From an uncultured Spirochaetia bacterium (lineage in GTDB: Bacteria > Spirochaetota > CALGPD01), in assembly GCA_964449345.1 (NCBI GenBank), contig CAYUYT010000001.1:1-62293 (forward strand): a DNA stretch of 62,293 nt. Reading direction: 5' to 3'. Position 1 is the first letter of the stretch; every line of letters begins with the position of its first letter. A program made the translations under genes and the position numbers. The notes under the pieces were generated by a model that saw only the letters and a program-made list of their open reading frames with translations, had not been told where the DNA came from and made no database searches. Below, piece after piece: positions 26,770-35,456 of this stretch.

Positions 26770-27365
26770 ATTTCATCCTTGTCAAATATTTTCGTCAATA
26801 TCTGCTTTAACTTTATTCTTCCTCTTGATAACCGCGACTGCACAGTACCCACAGAGATATCGAGTATTTTTGATGCTTCTTTGTATGACAGGTTTTCCAA
26901 ATCACATAGCATTACAACTTCTCTGTAACGCGGGGGCAATTGATTAATCCCTTTTAAAACAAGTTTTTCGGTTTCATCTTTTGCCACTTTCATTTCAGGA
27001 TTATCTTTTTCCCTGCTTAAAGTAGGGAACTCTTCAGTCGCGTCTGTCTTACGCCTTTTTCTGTCCCTAACCTCGTTAAAAGAAAGGTTCATTGCAATCC
27101 TGTAAATGAAAGTCGAAAACTTTGCTTTAACACTATACCTGTCTTTGCTTCTAAAAACTCTTATAAATACCTCCTGAGCAATTTCTTCGCTTCGCTCAAT
27201 GTCGCGGGTATATTTAAAAATGTACCCAACGATTCGGTCTTTATACTTCTTTACAAGCTCTTCAAATGCGGCATCGTTGCCGTCGCAAAAAGCAGTCATT
27301 AAATATTCATCGCTTTTTTCTTCTAATGAATCTGCTTTTCTTATCTCTTCTATTTTATCTAACAC
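26766..27365 (-). CDS. ECF-type RNA polymerase sigma factor
   Basis: Region 2 (FEELVKKYKDRIVGYIFKYT...AQEVFIRVF) and region 4 (LPPRYREVVMLCDLENLSYKEASKILDISVGTVQSRLSRGR) are present. Length is 199 aa. Confidence 0.9.
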   Translation of the reverse strand: MLDKIEEIRKADSLEEKSDEYLMTAFCDGNDAAFEELVKKYKDRIVGYIFKYTRDIERSEEIAQEVFIRVFRSKDRYSVKAKFSTFIYRIAMNLSFNEVRDRKRRKTDATEEFPTLSREKDNPEMKVAKDETEKLVLKGINQLPPRYREVVMLCDLENLSYKEASKILDISVGTVQSRLSRGRIKLKQILTKIFDKDEI

Positions 27366-27542
27366 GGGTCAACCTTTTTTGTTTCATTTAAGATTTCTAA
27401 ATTAAATTTAATTAACTTTTTTTCAAAAAAAACCAAATTCTTATATAACAATTAATAATAAAAGTTAAATCATTATTTTTATTGCCATTATTATAATATA
27501 TCTATATAATCAATAAAACAAAAATTTTAAAAAGGTTCAAAA

Positions 27543-28898
27543 TTGAAATCAGGAGTTAATTTAATTTCAAATACGCCCATGCCCGAGAAAATATGTGATT
27601 CGGCGGCGCGTTTATCTCAGGTTGATAAAACCGGCAGTGAAATATACAATACAGAATACCCAAAATTCGTCATCCCGAATGTTATTAAATTAGGCCATAA
27701 AAGCGTTGCTGAACACGCTTACTTTAATTTCGTTTTCGAAAACGTAAGTGTTTTTGTTGAACACTTTATGATTGAATTCCGGTTAGCATCATTCACGGTT
27801 AAATCCCGCCGTTACGTTGATTTTAGAAAAGCAGGATTTACAATACCGGATTATCTTAATAAAAAAAAATTTTCTCATTTGAAAAAAAAGTTTATTTCCA
27901 ACGCAGAATATTTATTTGAAACGTATTCCAAACTCGTTGACATTAAAATCCCAGCCGAAGACGCGAGGTTTATCTTACCTTACTGTTTTAAATCAAATTT
28001 TTTCTTATCTATGAACGCCAGGGAATTAATGCACGCAATTTATTCCATGATAAAAGGAAAAGGAAGTAAATATAAGGAAATAAAATCATTGGGCGAGTCA
28101 ATGCTAAGTCAATTAGAAGAAATAGCCCCTTCAATGTTTAACAATCTTTTATCCCTCATTAAAGGTAATGAAGATAAATGGAAAAAATTAAATACATTGT
28201 TAAAAGATAACAAAAAAAACGTAAAGAATAATAACGTAGAAATATTATCTGCTTCAAAAGATGCTCACGAAAACATTATTAAAGGTGTTTGTTCCGTAAT
28301 AAATACAGATTACGAAAAGCTATCTGAACAAAAAAAACGGGAAATATTAAACGTATTAATTTCTGACCGCCGGGCACGTGAACTTGAATTAGCAAATTTT
28401 GTTTTTTCCTTTAATAATATATCTTATCCGTTTTTAACGCATTTTATTCGACACCGAATTCATTCCCCTGTAATTCCCCCGTTTGAATACACCGGTTATG
28501 AAAGCGTTGTTACTCCGCATACTATTAAACAAAATCGTCACGCTCTTGAAATTTTTAATAAAGCGGTTGAAAAAAACGTTAATTTTAATGAGATGGTAAT
28601 TAAAGCAGGCGTGCCAGAAGAATATTACGTTTATTCCAGGATAGCAGGAAACGTATTAAATATAACAACGTCAATGAACGCGCGTGAATTATATCACTTT
28701 TTTGCACTAAGAACTTGCGAGCGGGCACAATGGGAAATTAGGGAATATGCCCAGGAATTGCTCATCAAACTAAAAAAAATAAACCCGTTAATTTTCCAAA
28801 AAGCCGGACCCGGCTGCGTTTTATACGGTATATGTCCCGAAGGTAAAATGAGTTGCGGTAAAATTAAAGAAAAACAGGAGTTCTATAACTCAATATGA
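27543..28898 (+). CDS. thyX: FAD-dependent thymidylate synthase, tandem two-domain form
   Basis: Two ThyX-like halves are present. Half 1 has GHKSVAEHAYFNF, EFRLASFTVKSRRY (27777-27815) and ARFILPY...SMNARELMH. Half 2 has FIRHRIHSP (RHR at 28449-28457) and SMNARELYHFFALRTCERAQWEIREYA. At 451 aa it is about twice the usual ThyX length. The start is uncertain (TTG 27543 or ATG 27579). Confidence 0.75.
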   Translation: MKSGVNLISNTPMPEKICDSAARLSQVDKTGSEIYNTEYPKFVIPNVIKLGHKSVAEHAYFNFVFENVSVFVEHFMIEFRLASFTVKSRRYVDFRKAGFTIPDYLNKKKFSHLKKKFISNAEYLFETYSKLVDIKIPAEDARFILPYCFKSNFFLSMNARELMHAIYSMIKGKGSKYKEIKSLGESMLSQLEEIAPSMFNNLLSLIKGNEDKWKKLNTLLKDNKKNVKNNNVEILSASKDAHENIIKGVCSVINTDYEKLSEQKKREILNVLISDRRARELELANFVFSFNNISYPFLTHFIRHRIHSPVIPPFEYTGYESVVTPHTIKQNRHALEIFNKAVEKNVNFNEMVIKAGVPEEYYVYSRIAGNVLNITTSMNARELYHFFALRTCERAQWEIREYAQELLIKLKKINPLIFQKAGPGCVLYGICPEGKMSCGKIKEKQEFYNSI

Positions 28899-29386
28899 AA
28901 AAGCTTAGCATATTGATATTACTTTACGTTTTTTTTAGCGGTTGTTTATACACTCTTTCTAAAACAGATATTGAAACACCACATGATACAATTAAAACTT
29001 TACAATGGGTTTTACAGAAAATTAAAAATGATGATTTTTTATTATATTTTGAAGAACTTTTTACAGGTAAAGGGGAAGAAATTGCCGAAAAAGTTAAAGA
29101 TTTAAAAGAAAGCAAGGAAGCCGAAGATAAAAAACGCTGGCTAAAACTTCAAGAAATTTTTGAGAAAATTTTAATTAAACTTGATAGAATGAAAGTTAAT
29201 AAAGGATATGCAGTTGCTCATTGCCGGTATTATATTCCGCAGAATTATTATATCCAAAAAGTCATAATCGAAATGGAAAAAAACTCTGATGGGTGGCAAA
29301 TAGTAAAAATCACTCCCGAGAAAAAATGGTCGGAAAGCAAAGGGAAAAATCATAATCAATTATTTAAAAAACCAAAAGCGGATTAG
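28895..29386 (+). CDS. Hypothetical lipoprotein
   Basis: Signal peptide with lipobox (LLYVFFSGC). The ATG overlaps the thyX stop (ATGA). Confidence 0.5.
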   Translation: MKKLSILILLYVFFSGCLYTLSKTDIETPHDTIKTLQWVLQKIKNDDFLLYFEELFTGKGEEIAEKVKDLKESKEAEDKKRWLKLQEIFEKILIKLDRMKVNKGYAVAHCRYYIPQNYYIQKVIIEMEKNSDGWQIVKITPEKKWSESKGKNHNQLFKKPKAD

Positions 29387-29478
29387 AGGTTAAAAAACCT
29401 GCATTTACCCATGATTTTTAAAACAGACATTTTATTTAATAAAAGAATAAAAATTAGCATTAAGGGTTAATATTTGTT

Positions 29479-29505
29479 TTGACAATATTTGCATATTGTG
29501 ATAAT
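29479..29505 (+). promoter_or_regulatory. Sigma-70-like promoter upstream of the pha genes
   Basis: TTGACA (29479-29484), a 15-nt spacer, then the extended -10 TGtGATAAT (29497-29505). It overlaps the inverted repeat TTTGCATA (29488-29495) / TATGCAAA (29511-29518). Confidence 0.4.
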
Positions 29506-29550
29506 GTTTTTATGCAAACAATATAAAATAATTACAGGAAGGATAAACAT

Positions 29551-29922
29551 ATGGCTGAATCACAAGACGTATCAATGAATCAATTATTTGATTTTTTTGA
29601 AAAAACAACAACGGGTTTTATGGAAAAATTACTCAAAGATGATAATCTGCTTAAAATTGCCGGAAAATGGCGGGACAATGCTCTTGATTTTAAAAATTAT
29701 TTTGATAAAATTATTTCCGAAGCATTAAAAAACATGAACTTGCCGAACAAAAAGGATCAGGAAAAAACTTTGCATAAAATTAATATGCTTGAATCTCAAT
29801 TAACAGATTTAACGGAGCGTTTGAATAAAATTTCAGGGAAAAAAGCGGGCGGCGGTTCAAAGTCAACGCAAAGTTCATCGAAAACCGGTTCGTCCCAATC
29901 CGGCAATACCGGAAAATCCTAA
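29551..29922 (+). CDS. PHA synthase partner subunit (PhaR/PhaE-like)
   Basis: It lies directly upstream of phaC. The segment NLPNKKDQEKTLHKINMLESQLTDLTERL matches, from memory, the N(V/L)P(T)K(E)D...LE...L motif of class IV PhaR and class III PhaE. The C-terminal tail is Ser/Gly-rich. Confidence 0.5.
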   Translation: MAESQDVSMNQLFDFFEKTTTGFMEKLLKDDNLLKIAGKWRDNALDFKNYFDKIISEALKNMNLPNKKDQEKTLHKINMLESQLTDLTERLNKISGKKAGGGSKSTQSSSKTGSSQSGNTGKS

Positions 29923-29946
29923 TTCTTTTAGGAAAAGCGTAGGGAA

Positions 29947-31020
29947 ATGAACCCTAAAGACCTTGAAATTTTATTTGATAAATTAAAAAAAGATTTTGAT
30001 CAAGCAGTTGATAATCTCGATAAGGGGCTCGAGATTATTTTCAACCAACCGAATCCTGATGTCGGAGTAACACCCAAAAACACGGTGTATAAAGAACGGC
30101 GGTTAAAAGTATACAGATATAAAAAAATTAGGAAAAAAGCTACAAGACCGCCTCTCTTAATTATTAATTCATTAATAAACGGATATTATATTTTAGATCT
30201 ACTACCTGATTTTTCGTTAGTGGATTATCTCGTTACTAACGGTGTGGATATATACACGACTCACTGGGGTAGCCCTGAAACCGGCGAAAAAAACATAAGT
30301 TTTGACTATCACATTACAGGCTATTTGCATAACGTAATTGAAGAAATTAAACAGGATGCGGGTGTTGATAAAGTAAATATTTTGGGCTACTGTATGGGCG
30401 GAAACTTAGGCATGATATACGCTTGTCTGTTTCCTGAAAACGTTAACGCTTTCATTTCCCTTGCTGCGCCGGTAGATTTTTCCAAAGGCGGAGTCCTTGC
30501 AACCTGGGCAAATTCCGGTATTGTTGATATTGAAGAATTCATTGATTCTTTTGGAAATCTTCCTACTCATATAATGGATATGGTTTTTCCATGGATAAAA
30601 CCATCAGAACGCATGAAAGCTACGGGGTTTTTATTTAAAAACCCTAATAATACTTTTTATTCAAACTTATATAAAGCCATTATGCAATGGAGGGATGACA
30701 ATTCTCCGCTACCTGGAAATTTTACAAAAAAATACATTAAAGATTTATATCAGGAAAACAAATTATATAAGGGAGAATTAAAAATTGACGGAAAAAAAGT
30801 TAATTTAAAAAACATAACCTGCCCTGTTCTAAACATCATTGCAACGAATGACTACATAACTCCCCCCGAAAGCGCAAGGCCATTGCTTGATTTGGTAAAA
30901 AGCAGTGATAAGGAAATCCTCGTTATAAACGGTGGCCATCTGGATATAATATTAAACATTATGGCTAGAAAACCCGCCTGGGATAAAATTCTAAAATGGA
31001 TAAAAAAACATTCTGAATAA
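29947..31020 (+). CDS. phaC: Poly(R)-hydroxyalkanoate synthase, class III/IV PhaC
   Basis: The lipase-box variant with Cys is GYCMGG. The 357-aa size is typical of class III/IV, with an alpha/beta-hydrolase layout and late D and H residues (NDYITPP, GGH). Confidence 0.85.
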   Translation: MNPKDLEILFDKLKKDFDQAVDNLDKGLEIIFNQPNPDVGVTPKNTVYKERRLKVYRYKKIRKKATRPPLLIINSLINGYYILDLLPDFSLVDYLVTNGVDIYTTHWGSPETGEKNISFDYHITGYLHNVIEEIKQDAGVDKVNILGYCMGGNLGMIYACLFPENVNAFISLAAPVDFSKGGVLATWANSGIVDIEEFIDSFGNLPTHIMDMVFPWIKPSERMKATGFLFKNPNNTFYSNLYKAIMQWRDDNSPLPGNFTKKYIKDLYQENKLYKGELKIDGKKVNLKNITCPVLNIIATNDYITPPESARPLLDLVKSSDKEILVINGGHLDIILNIMARKPAWDKILKWIKKHSE

Positions 31021-31043
31021 CGAATAAATTTTTATAAATAAAA

Positions 31044-31071
31044 AACGCCCGCGTTATTTTACGCGGGCGTT
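31044..31071. terminator. Bidirectional rho-independent terminator between phaC and the sigma gene
   Basis: AACGCCCGCGT (31044-31054) and ACGCGGGCGTT (31061-31071) form a perfect 11-bp stem. It is flanked by an A-run upstream and a T-run downstream. Confidence 0.8.
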
Positions 31072-31098
31072 TTAATGTATGTTATAGGAGTTTATATT

Positions 31099-32007
31099 TT
31101 AGTTTGCAAGAAACGCTTTTAAGGATTCACTTCTTGACGGATGACTTAACCTTCGAAGAGCTTTTTTCTCAATTTGCCTAATTCTCTCTTTTGTCAGATT
31201 AAACTTTTTACCGATTTCTTTTAAAGACATTGGCTCATTACCATCTAGACCGTAACGATATTTGATAACCATTTGCTCTTTTTCCGTTAAAGTTTCAAGT
31301 GATTTATGAATTGCTTCACGCAACGAATTATCAATTTGAACTTCTTCTGGTTGCCTGAAACTTGTGTCTTTAATCATTTCGCTTAAATAACGCTCTTTTT
31401 TATCAAACTTAATAGGCGCATCAAAAGAAACGTATTCCCTTGAAGCGTTAATAATATTTTTAACGCTTGCCTGATCAATATCAAGTGCGTCAGCAATTTG
31501 TTCGTTTGAAACTTCACCGCTTTGAAGCATATCTTTTTCTTTTTTATACTTTTCAATCTGCATAAGCTGATTTGCTCTATTTAATGGCAAACGAATTAAA
31601 CGCGTTTTCTCTGACAATGCTTTTAATATGGATTGTTTAATCCACCAAACAGCGTAAGAAATAAAATGGTATCCGCGTTTATAATCAAATTTGTCAGCCG
31701 CAGTAATTAACCCCATATTTCCTTCGTTAATAAGGTCAATTAAAGGCAATCCGCGTTTTTGATATTTTTTTGCAATATTCACAACGAATCTTAAATTCGC
31801 CTTAATTAATTTTTCCCGCGATTCTCTGTCGCCTTCGAATGCTTTTTTCGCAAGGTATTCTTCTTCTTCACGGGTGAGTAAATTAATTTTATCTATCTCC
31901 ATTAAATACTGTGCAAGAGGACCTTCGTAAACAATATCTTTAATTCTGTTCTTTACTTTTACTTTTTCCGGTTCTTTTGCTTTACTAATTTTTGTCTTAT
32001 TAAGCAT
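31099..32007 (-). CDS. Sigma-70 family RNA polymerase sigma factor (group 1/2-like, RpoD/RpoS type)
   Basis: Regions 1.2 through 4 are present: YLMEIDKINLLTREEE, LIKANLRFVVNIAKKY, LINEGNMGLITAADKFDYKRGYHFISYAVWWIKQSI and KEIGKKFNLTKERIRQIEKKALRRL. Confidence 0.88.
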   Translation of the reverse strand: MLNKTKISKAKEPEKVKVKNRIKDIVYEGPLAQYLMEIDKINLLTREEEEYLAKKAFEGDRESREKLIKANLRFVVNIAKKYQKRGLPLIDLINEGNMGLITAADKFDYKRGYHFISYAVWWIKQSILKALSEKTRLIRLPLNRANQLMQIEKYKKEKDMLQSGEVSNEQIADALDIDQASVKNIINASREYVSFDAPIKFDKKERYLSEMIKDTSFRQPEEVQIDNSLREAIHKSLETLTEKEQMVIKYRYGLDGNEPMSLKEIGKKFNLTKERIRQIEKKALRRLSHPSRSESLKAFLAN

Positions 32008-32339
32008 TTTTTTGCTCCTTATTTTAAAACTATTAATTTTTCCAATTTACTTTGTGTGCATTATACAAGCAATTTATATGCCAACCTAGCAAACCAAGCA
32101 AATTTAATTTGCCCTTCTAATTGCTTATATAAAAACAAATTATAAAATTCAATTAATATGGGATTCTTCGTTTTTATGACTTCGATCATTTTTATGACAT
32201 TTTGTCAGATGTAACTCAAAACATGTCATACTTTTATATTTTTGTCATATTTTTACAATACTTACTTAATCCCGTAATATTAGTTTAATTTATTAAAAAG
32301 CATAAATCAATGATTATTCAATTGAATTATATGCAAATT

Positions 32340-33128
32340 TTATACATTCCCATTCTGATAAGTGTTTTCTTTTACCCATTTAAATAACTCATAAACCTGT
32401 TTTCTATCTATCCAGTGTTCAACATGAGGAAAACCTTTAATTATTACGTTGGAAAACTTTTTAGACTTAAGATGCTTATAAGAAGCAACTGTTGAGCCAA
32501 GCCAGTTTCCGTCCTTATGCCCAGAACTTAAAAATACAGGTATATTTCTATCAACGTTGTCATCAATATTATTCCAAACCAAACGGCAACCGCCGGCAAA
32601 GGCAAAAACACCTTTCACTTTTATTTGCTCGGATAATACAAGTTTTAAAGCCACTTCAGCGCCGTTAGAAAATCCGCCGAAATAAACCGGGCTTAAAGGG
32701 TTAATCCTGTAATCACGTTTCACTTTTCTTAGAACATGTTTAATAAAACTTTCGTCTTTTTTTCGCCAACGCGGATATGAAGATACCGGCATTGTAGGCG
32801 CAACGAAAATTACGTTATCATGTTTTAATACGCTTCTAAAAATTCTTGAAAAAACATATCCGTGATCAGAGTTATTAAATACCCCGCCGTGTAATAATAT
32901 TATAATAGGTGTCTTTAGTTTGCTCGAGATTTTTTCAGGCAAACTTATCCAATACGTTCCTTTATCAACTTTATCCTTATAATAAAGTTTACTAAACTCT
33001 TTAACTATCTCTTTATTTTCAACTCTTTTATTTTTAAAAATCTGGCCGCTTATTGCGTTGTTAAGAATTAAAAAACCTGATAATAAAAACAACGACAAAA
33101 AGAATATTAAATATTTTTTCAATTTCAT
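32340..33128 (-). CDS. Secreted alpha/beta hydrolase (esterase-like)
   Basis: The internal start MKLKKYLIFFLSLFLLSG gives a signal peptide. LLHGG and the nucleophile elbow GGFSNGA (GxSxG) are present. Confidence 0.6.
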   Translation of the reverse strand: MKLKKYLIFFLSLFLLSGFLILNNAISGQIFKNKRVENKEIVKEFSKLYYKDKVDKGTYWISLPEKISSKLKTPIIILLHGGVFNNSDHGYVFSRIFRSVLKHDNVIFVAPTMPVSSYPRWRKKDESFIKHVLRKVKRDYRINPLSPVYFGGFSNGAEVALKLVLSEQIKVKGVFAFAGGCRLVWNNIDDNVDRNIPVFLSSGHKDGNWLGSTVASYKHLKSKKFSNVIIKGFPHVEHWIDRKQVYELFKWVKENTYQNGNV

Positions 33129-33360
33129 TTTTAATACCTTAATAAATAACGTTTTAATTATATCGTTACAGTGTACTAAGAAATTAAGCAAAATTTATGC
33201 CATACAGAGAAAAACAACGAAATATATACTAATTGATTACTGTGCAATCAATTAAGTCGGCTTAAAAGTATTTTATTATTTACGTTTTATTTTTTTAACA
33301 ATTATAAATTGCCCCATAATGACACATAGATAAAAAAAAATGAGTCAAAAAGATTTTACA

Positions 33361-33380
33361 GCCCGGATAAAAATCCGGGC
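33361..33380 (-). terminator. Terminator-like hairpin after pfk
   Basis: GCCCGGAT-aaaa-ATCCGGGC lies 7 nt beyond the pfk stop. On the minus strand the trailing T tract is weak (tgtaaaatcttttt). Confidence 0.5.
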
Positions 33381-33387
33381 ATTAAAT

Positions 33388-34425
33388 TTATAAACCTTTG
33401 AAGATTTCCATTTCTTTTATTCTGGATTCGGGTACGGTTTTTAACGTTCCTAAGGCATGCTCAAGCGGGACCGGCACTATTTCCGTTCCGCGTAAAGCGG
33501 TTAAATACCCGAATTGTTTATTTTCTATAAGTTCTATTGCTTTTACACCCATTCTTAGCGTTATGACTCTATCAAATGCGCAAGCACGGCCGCCCCTTTG
33601 TAAATGTCCCAAAACAACGTGACGCGACTCTATTCCGGTTCGTTCGCCTAAAATTTTTGCAAGTTGTTTTCCGATTCCGCCTAAACGAACGTGTCCAAAC
33701 TCATCAGTTTCGGCATCCTGTAAAACGAGGCCTTCTGCTTCAGCGTTTTCAAGCATTGCGCCTTCGGAAACTGCAATCATGTGATATTTTTTCCCTTTTT
33801 TTTGACGTTCTTTTATAACAGAAACAACGTCTTTAATAGTAAAAGTTTTTTCAGGAAGAAGGATTACGTTTGCCCCACCTGCCATTCCTCCTTCTAAAGT
33901 CATCCATCCGGCGTGTCTGCCCATAACTTCTACAACCATAATTCTATGATGACTTCTTGCCGTTGTATGCAAAGTATCGAAATATTCCATAACGAGTTGA
34001 ATTGCAGAGTTATAACCGAAAGTAAAATCCGTTGCATTCACGTCATTGTCAATTGTTTTAGGGCATCCTACCATTGGAAACCCTTGGTCCGTAAAACGCT
34101 TACAAACGCCTAGTGTGTCTTCCCCACCCGTTGCTATTAAAGCGTCAAGGCCCATTTCTTTAAAACTTTTTTTAGCCTTATCAGCAAGTTTAGGATTTTT
34201 AAATAAGTTAGTCCTTGATGTTCCTAAAATAGTGCCTCCAATTCTGTGAATATCTTCAACGTCATCTAAACAGAGCTCAATTTCTAATTTTTCAAGTAGC
34301 CCTTTCCAGCCGTCCTGCAAACCCACTATTTTCCAGCCGCGCTTTATTCCTGCCGTAACCGCTCCCCTTATGATACCGTTCAATCCGGGACAATCACCCC
34401 CGCCGGTTAAAATACCTACTTTCAT
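33388..34425 (-). CDS. pfk: 6-phosphofructokinase (phosphoryl donor uncertain, ATP or PPi)
   Basis: Motifs MKVGILTGGGDCPGLNGIIRG, ATGGEDTLGV, PKTIDNDV, MGRHAGW and LGHLQRGG match the PFK-A family. The GGEDT and PKT signature puts Asp at position 104 and Lys at position 124 (E. coli numbering). Confidence 0.9.
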   Translation of the reverse strand: MKVGILTGGGDCPGLNGIIRGAVTAGIKRGWKIVGLQDGWKGLLEKLEIELCLDDVEDIHRIGGTILGTSRTNLFKNPKLADKAKKSFKEMGLDALIATGGEDTLGVCKRFTDQGFPMVGCPKTIDNDVNATDFTFGYNSAIQLVMEYFDTLHTTARSHHRIMVVEVMGRHAGWMTLEGGMAGGANVILLPEKTFTIKDVVSVIKERQKKGKKYHMIAVSEGAMLENAEAEGLVLQDAETDEFGHVRLGGIGKQLAKILGERTGIESRHVVLGHLQRGGRACAFDRVITLRMGVKAIELIENKQFGYLTALRGTEIVPVPLEHALGTLKTVPESRIKEMEIFKGL

Positions 34426-34566
34426 TTATACCTCCAAAAAAATATTATTCATAAATCCATTCATAAAAATATATTCAATACAGATAGAATGCAAAAAAAA
34501 TAATCCGCACAAGAATAAATTTTAAGTGTGAATAATTGCAGGAAAGAAAAATTACCCCAATATTTA

Positions 34567-35262
34567 TTAATATCTAAAATTGCTAAGCTGAATTCCCGTT
34601 GTTTTGTGAAGATAATATATTCCAAAAGAAATAAAGACTGCGATATTATTTAAATTCCCATCGTTTTTTAATGTATTTAAAAACCCTGCAACTAAGGTAA
34701 GCTCTAATGAAACGACAATATTTTGCGATACTGCCCAGTAATTAAAACTCATTTTAATAATCGCACTTATGTCTATTTTATTCATATTATACATAACATT
34801 AATGCCGTCAATTTCCGCATAAGGTAAATACGAAATCCCGATACCCACCCCCGCGGCAAGGAGTTTGCCAAAAAGCCAGTATTTGCCTATCATGTTTAAA
34901 TCAATGTAATGCATATTTAAACTATGGCTGTCTCCGTTAATATCGTGGACACGTTCACCTGCCCTTCTATATAATAATTCGTACTCCATTCCCCAGTTAT
35001 CCCGTATAATAAAATTTGCAGCGAAACCGGCATTAAAAACGAATTTACCCCGTTTATCCTGTTTCGTTATTCCCATTGAAAAATCATTTGGCGATATTTC
35101 GTTTAATCCTATTTCAAGCATAGAACCACCATATCCCAATGCTCCCTTGGGACCGTAGTATATATCCCATTTTGAAGTATCTACTGCAAAAAGATTTGAA
35201 GATATACAAATGCTTAAAATAAAAAAGATTATAAATAAAGTTGTTTTTAAATAAATTTTCAT
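34567..35262 (-). CDS. Outer-membrane beta-barrel protein (putative)
   Basis: The internal start MKIYLKTTLFIIFFILSICISSNLFA is a signal peptide. The rest shows an alternating aromatic/Gly beta-strand pattern and ends in aromatic ...SNFRY. Confidence 0.5.
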   Translation of the reverse strand: MKIYLKTTLFIIFFILSICISSNLFAVDTSKWDIYYGPKGALGYGGSMLEIGLNEISPNDFSMGITKQDKRGKFVFNAGFAANFIIRDNWGMEYELLYRRAGERVHDINGDSHSLNMHYIDLNMIGKYWLFGKLLAAGVGIGISYLPYAEIDGINVMYNMNKIDISAIIKMSFNYWAVSQNIVVSLELTLVAGFLNTLKNDGNLNNIAVFISFGIYYLHKTTGIQLSNFRY

Positions 35263-35456
35263 ATCCGCACCGGAAATAAAATATAATACGAATGAATAAA
35301 TCAAACTAATGATTTTAATCTTACAATATATTAAAAAAATTTTCAAGAAAATCATTTATTTGTTTAAGCAAAACGCGTTTTGTACAGATTTTTGTTGATT
35401 TATTGTACCGGTTTATGTTAGATTTTATTTTCTAGATGAATAATAATTTTTAAGCA

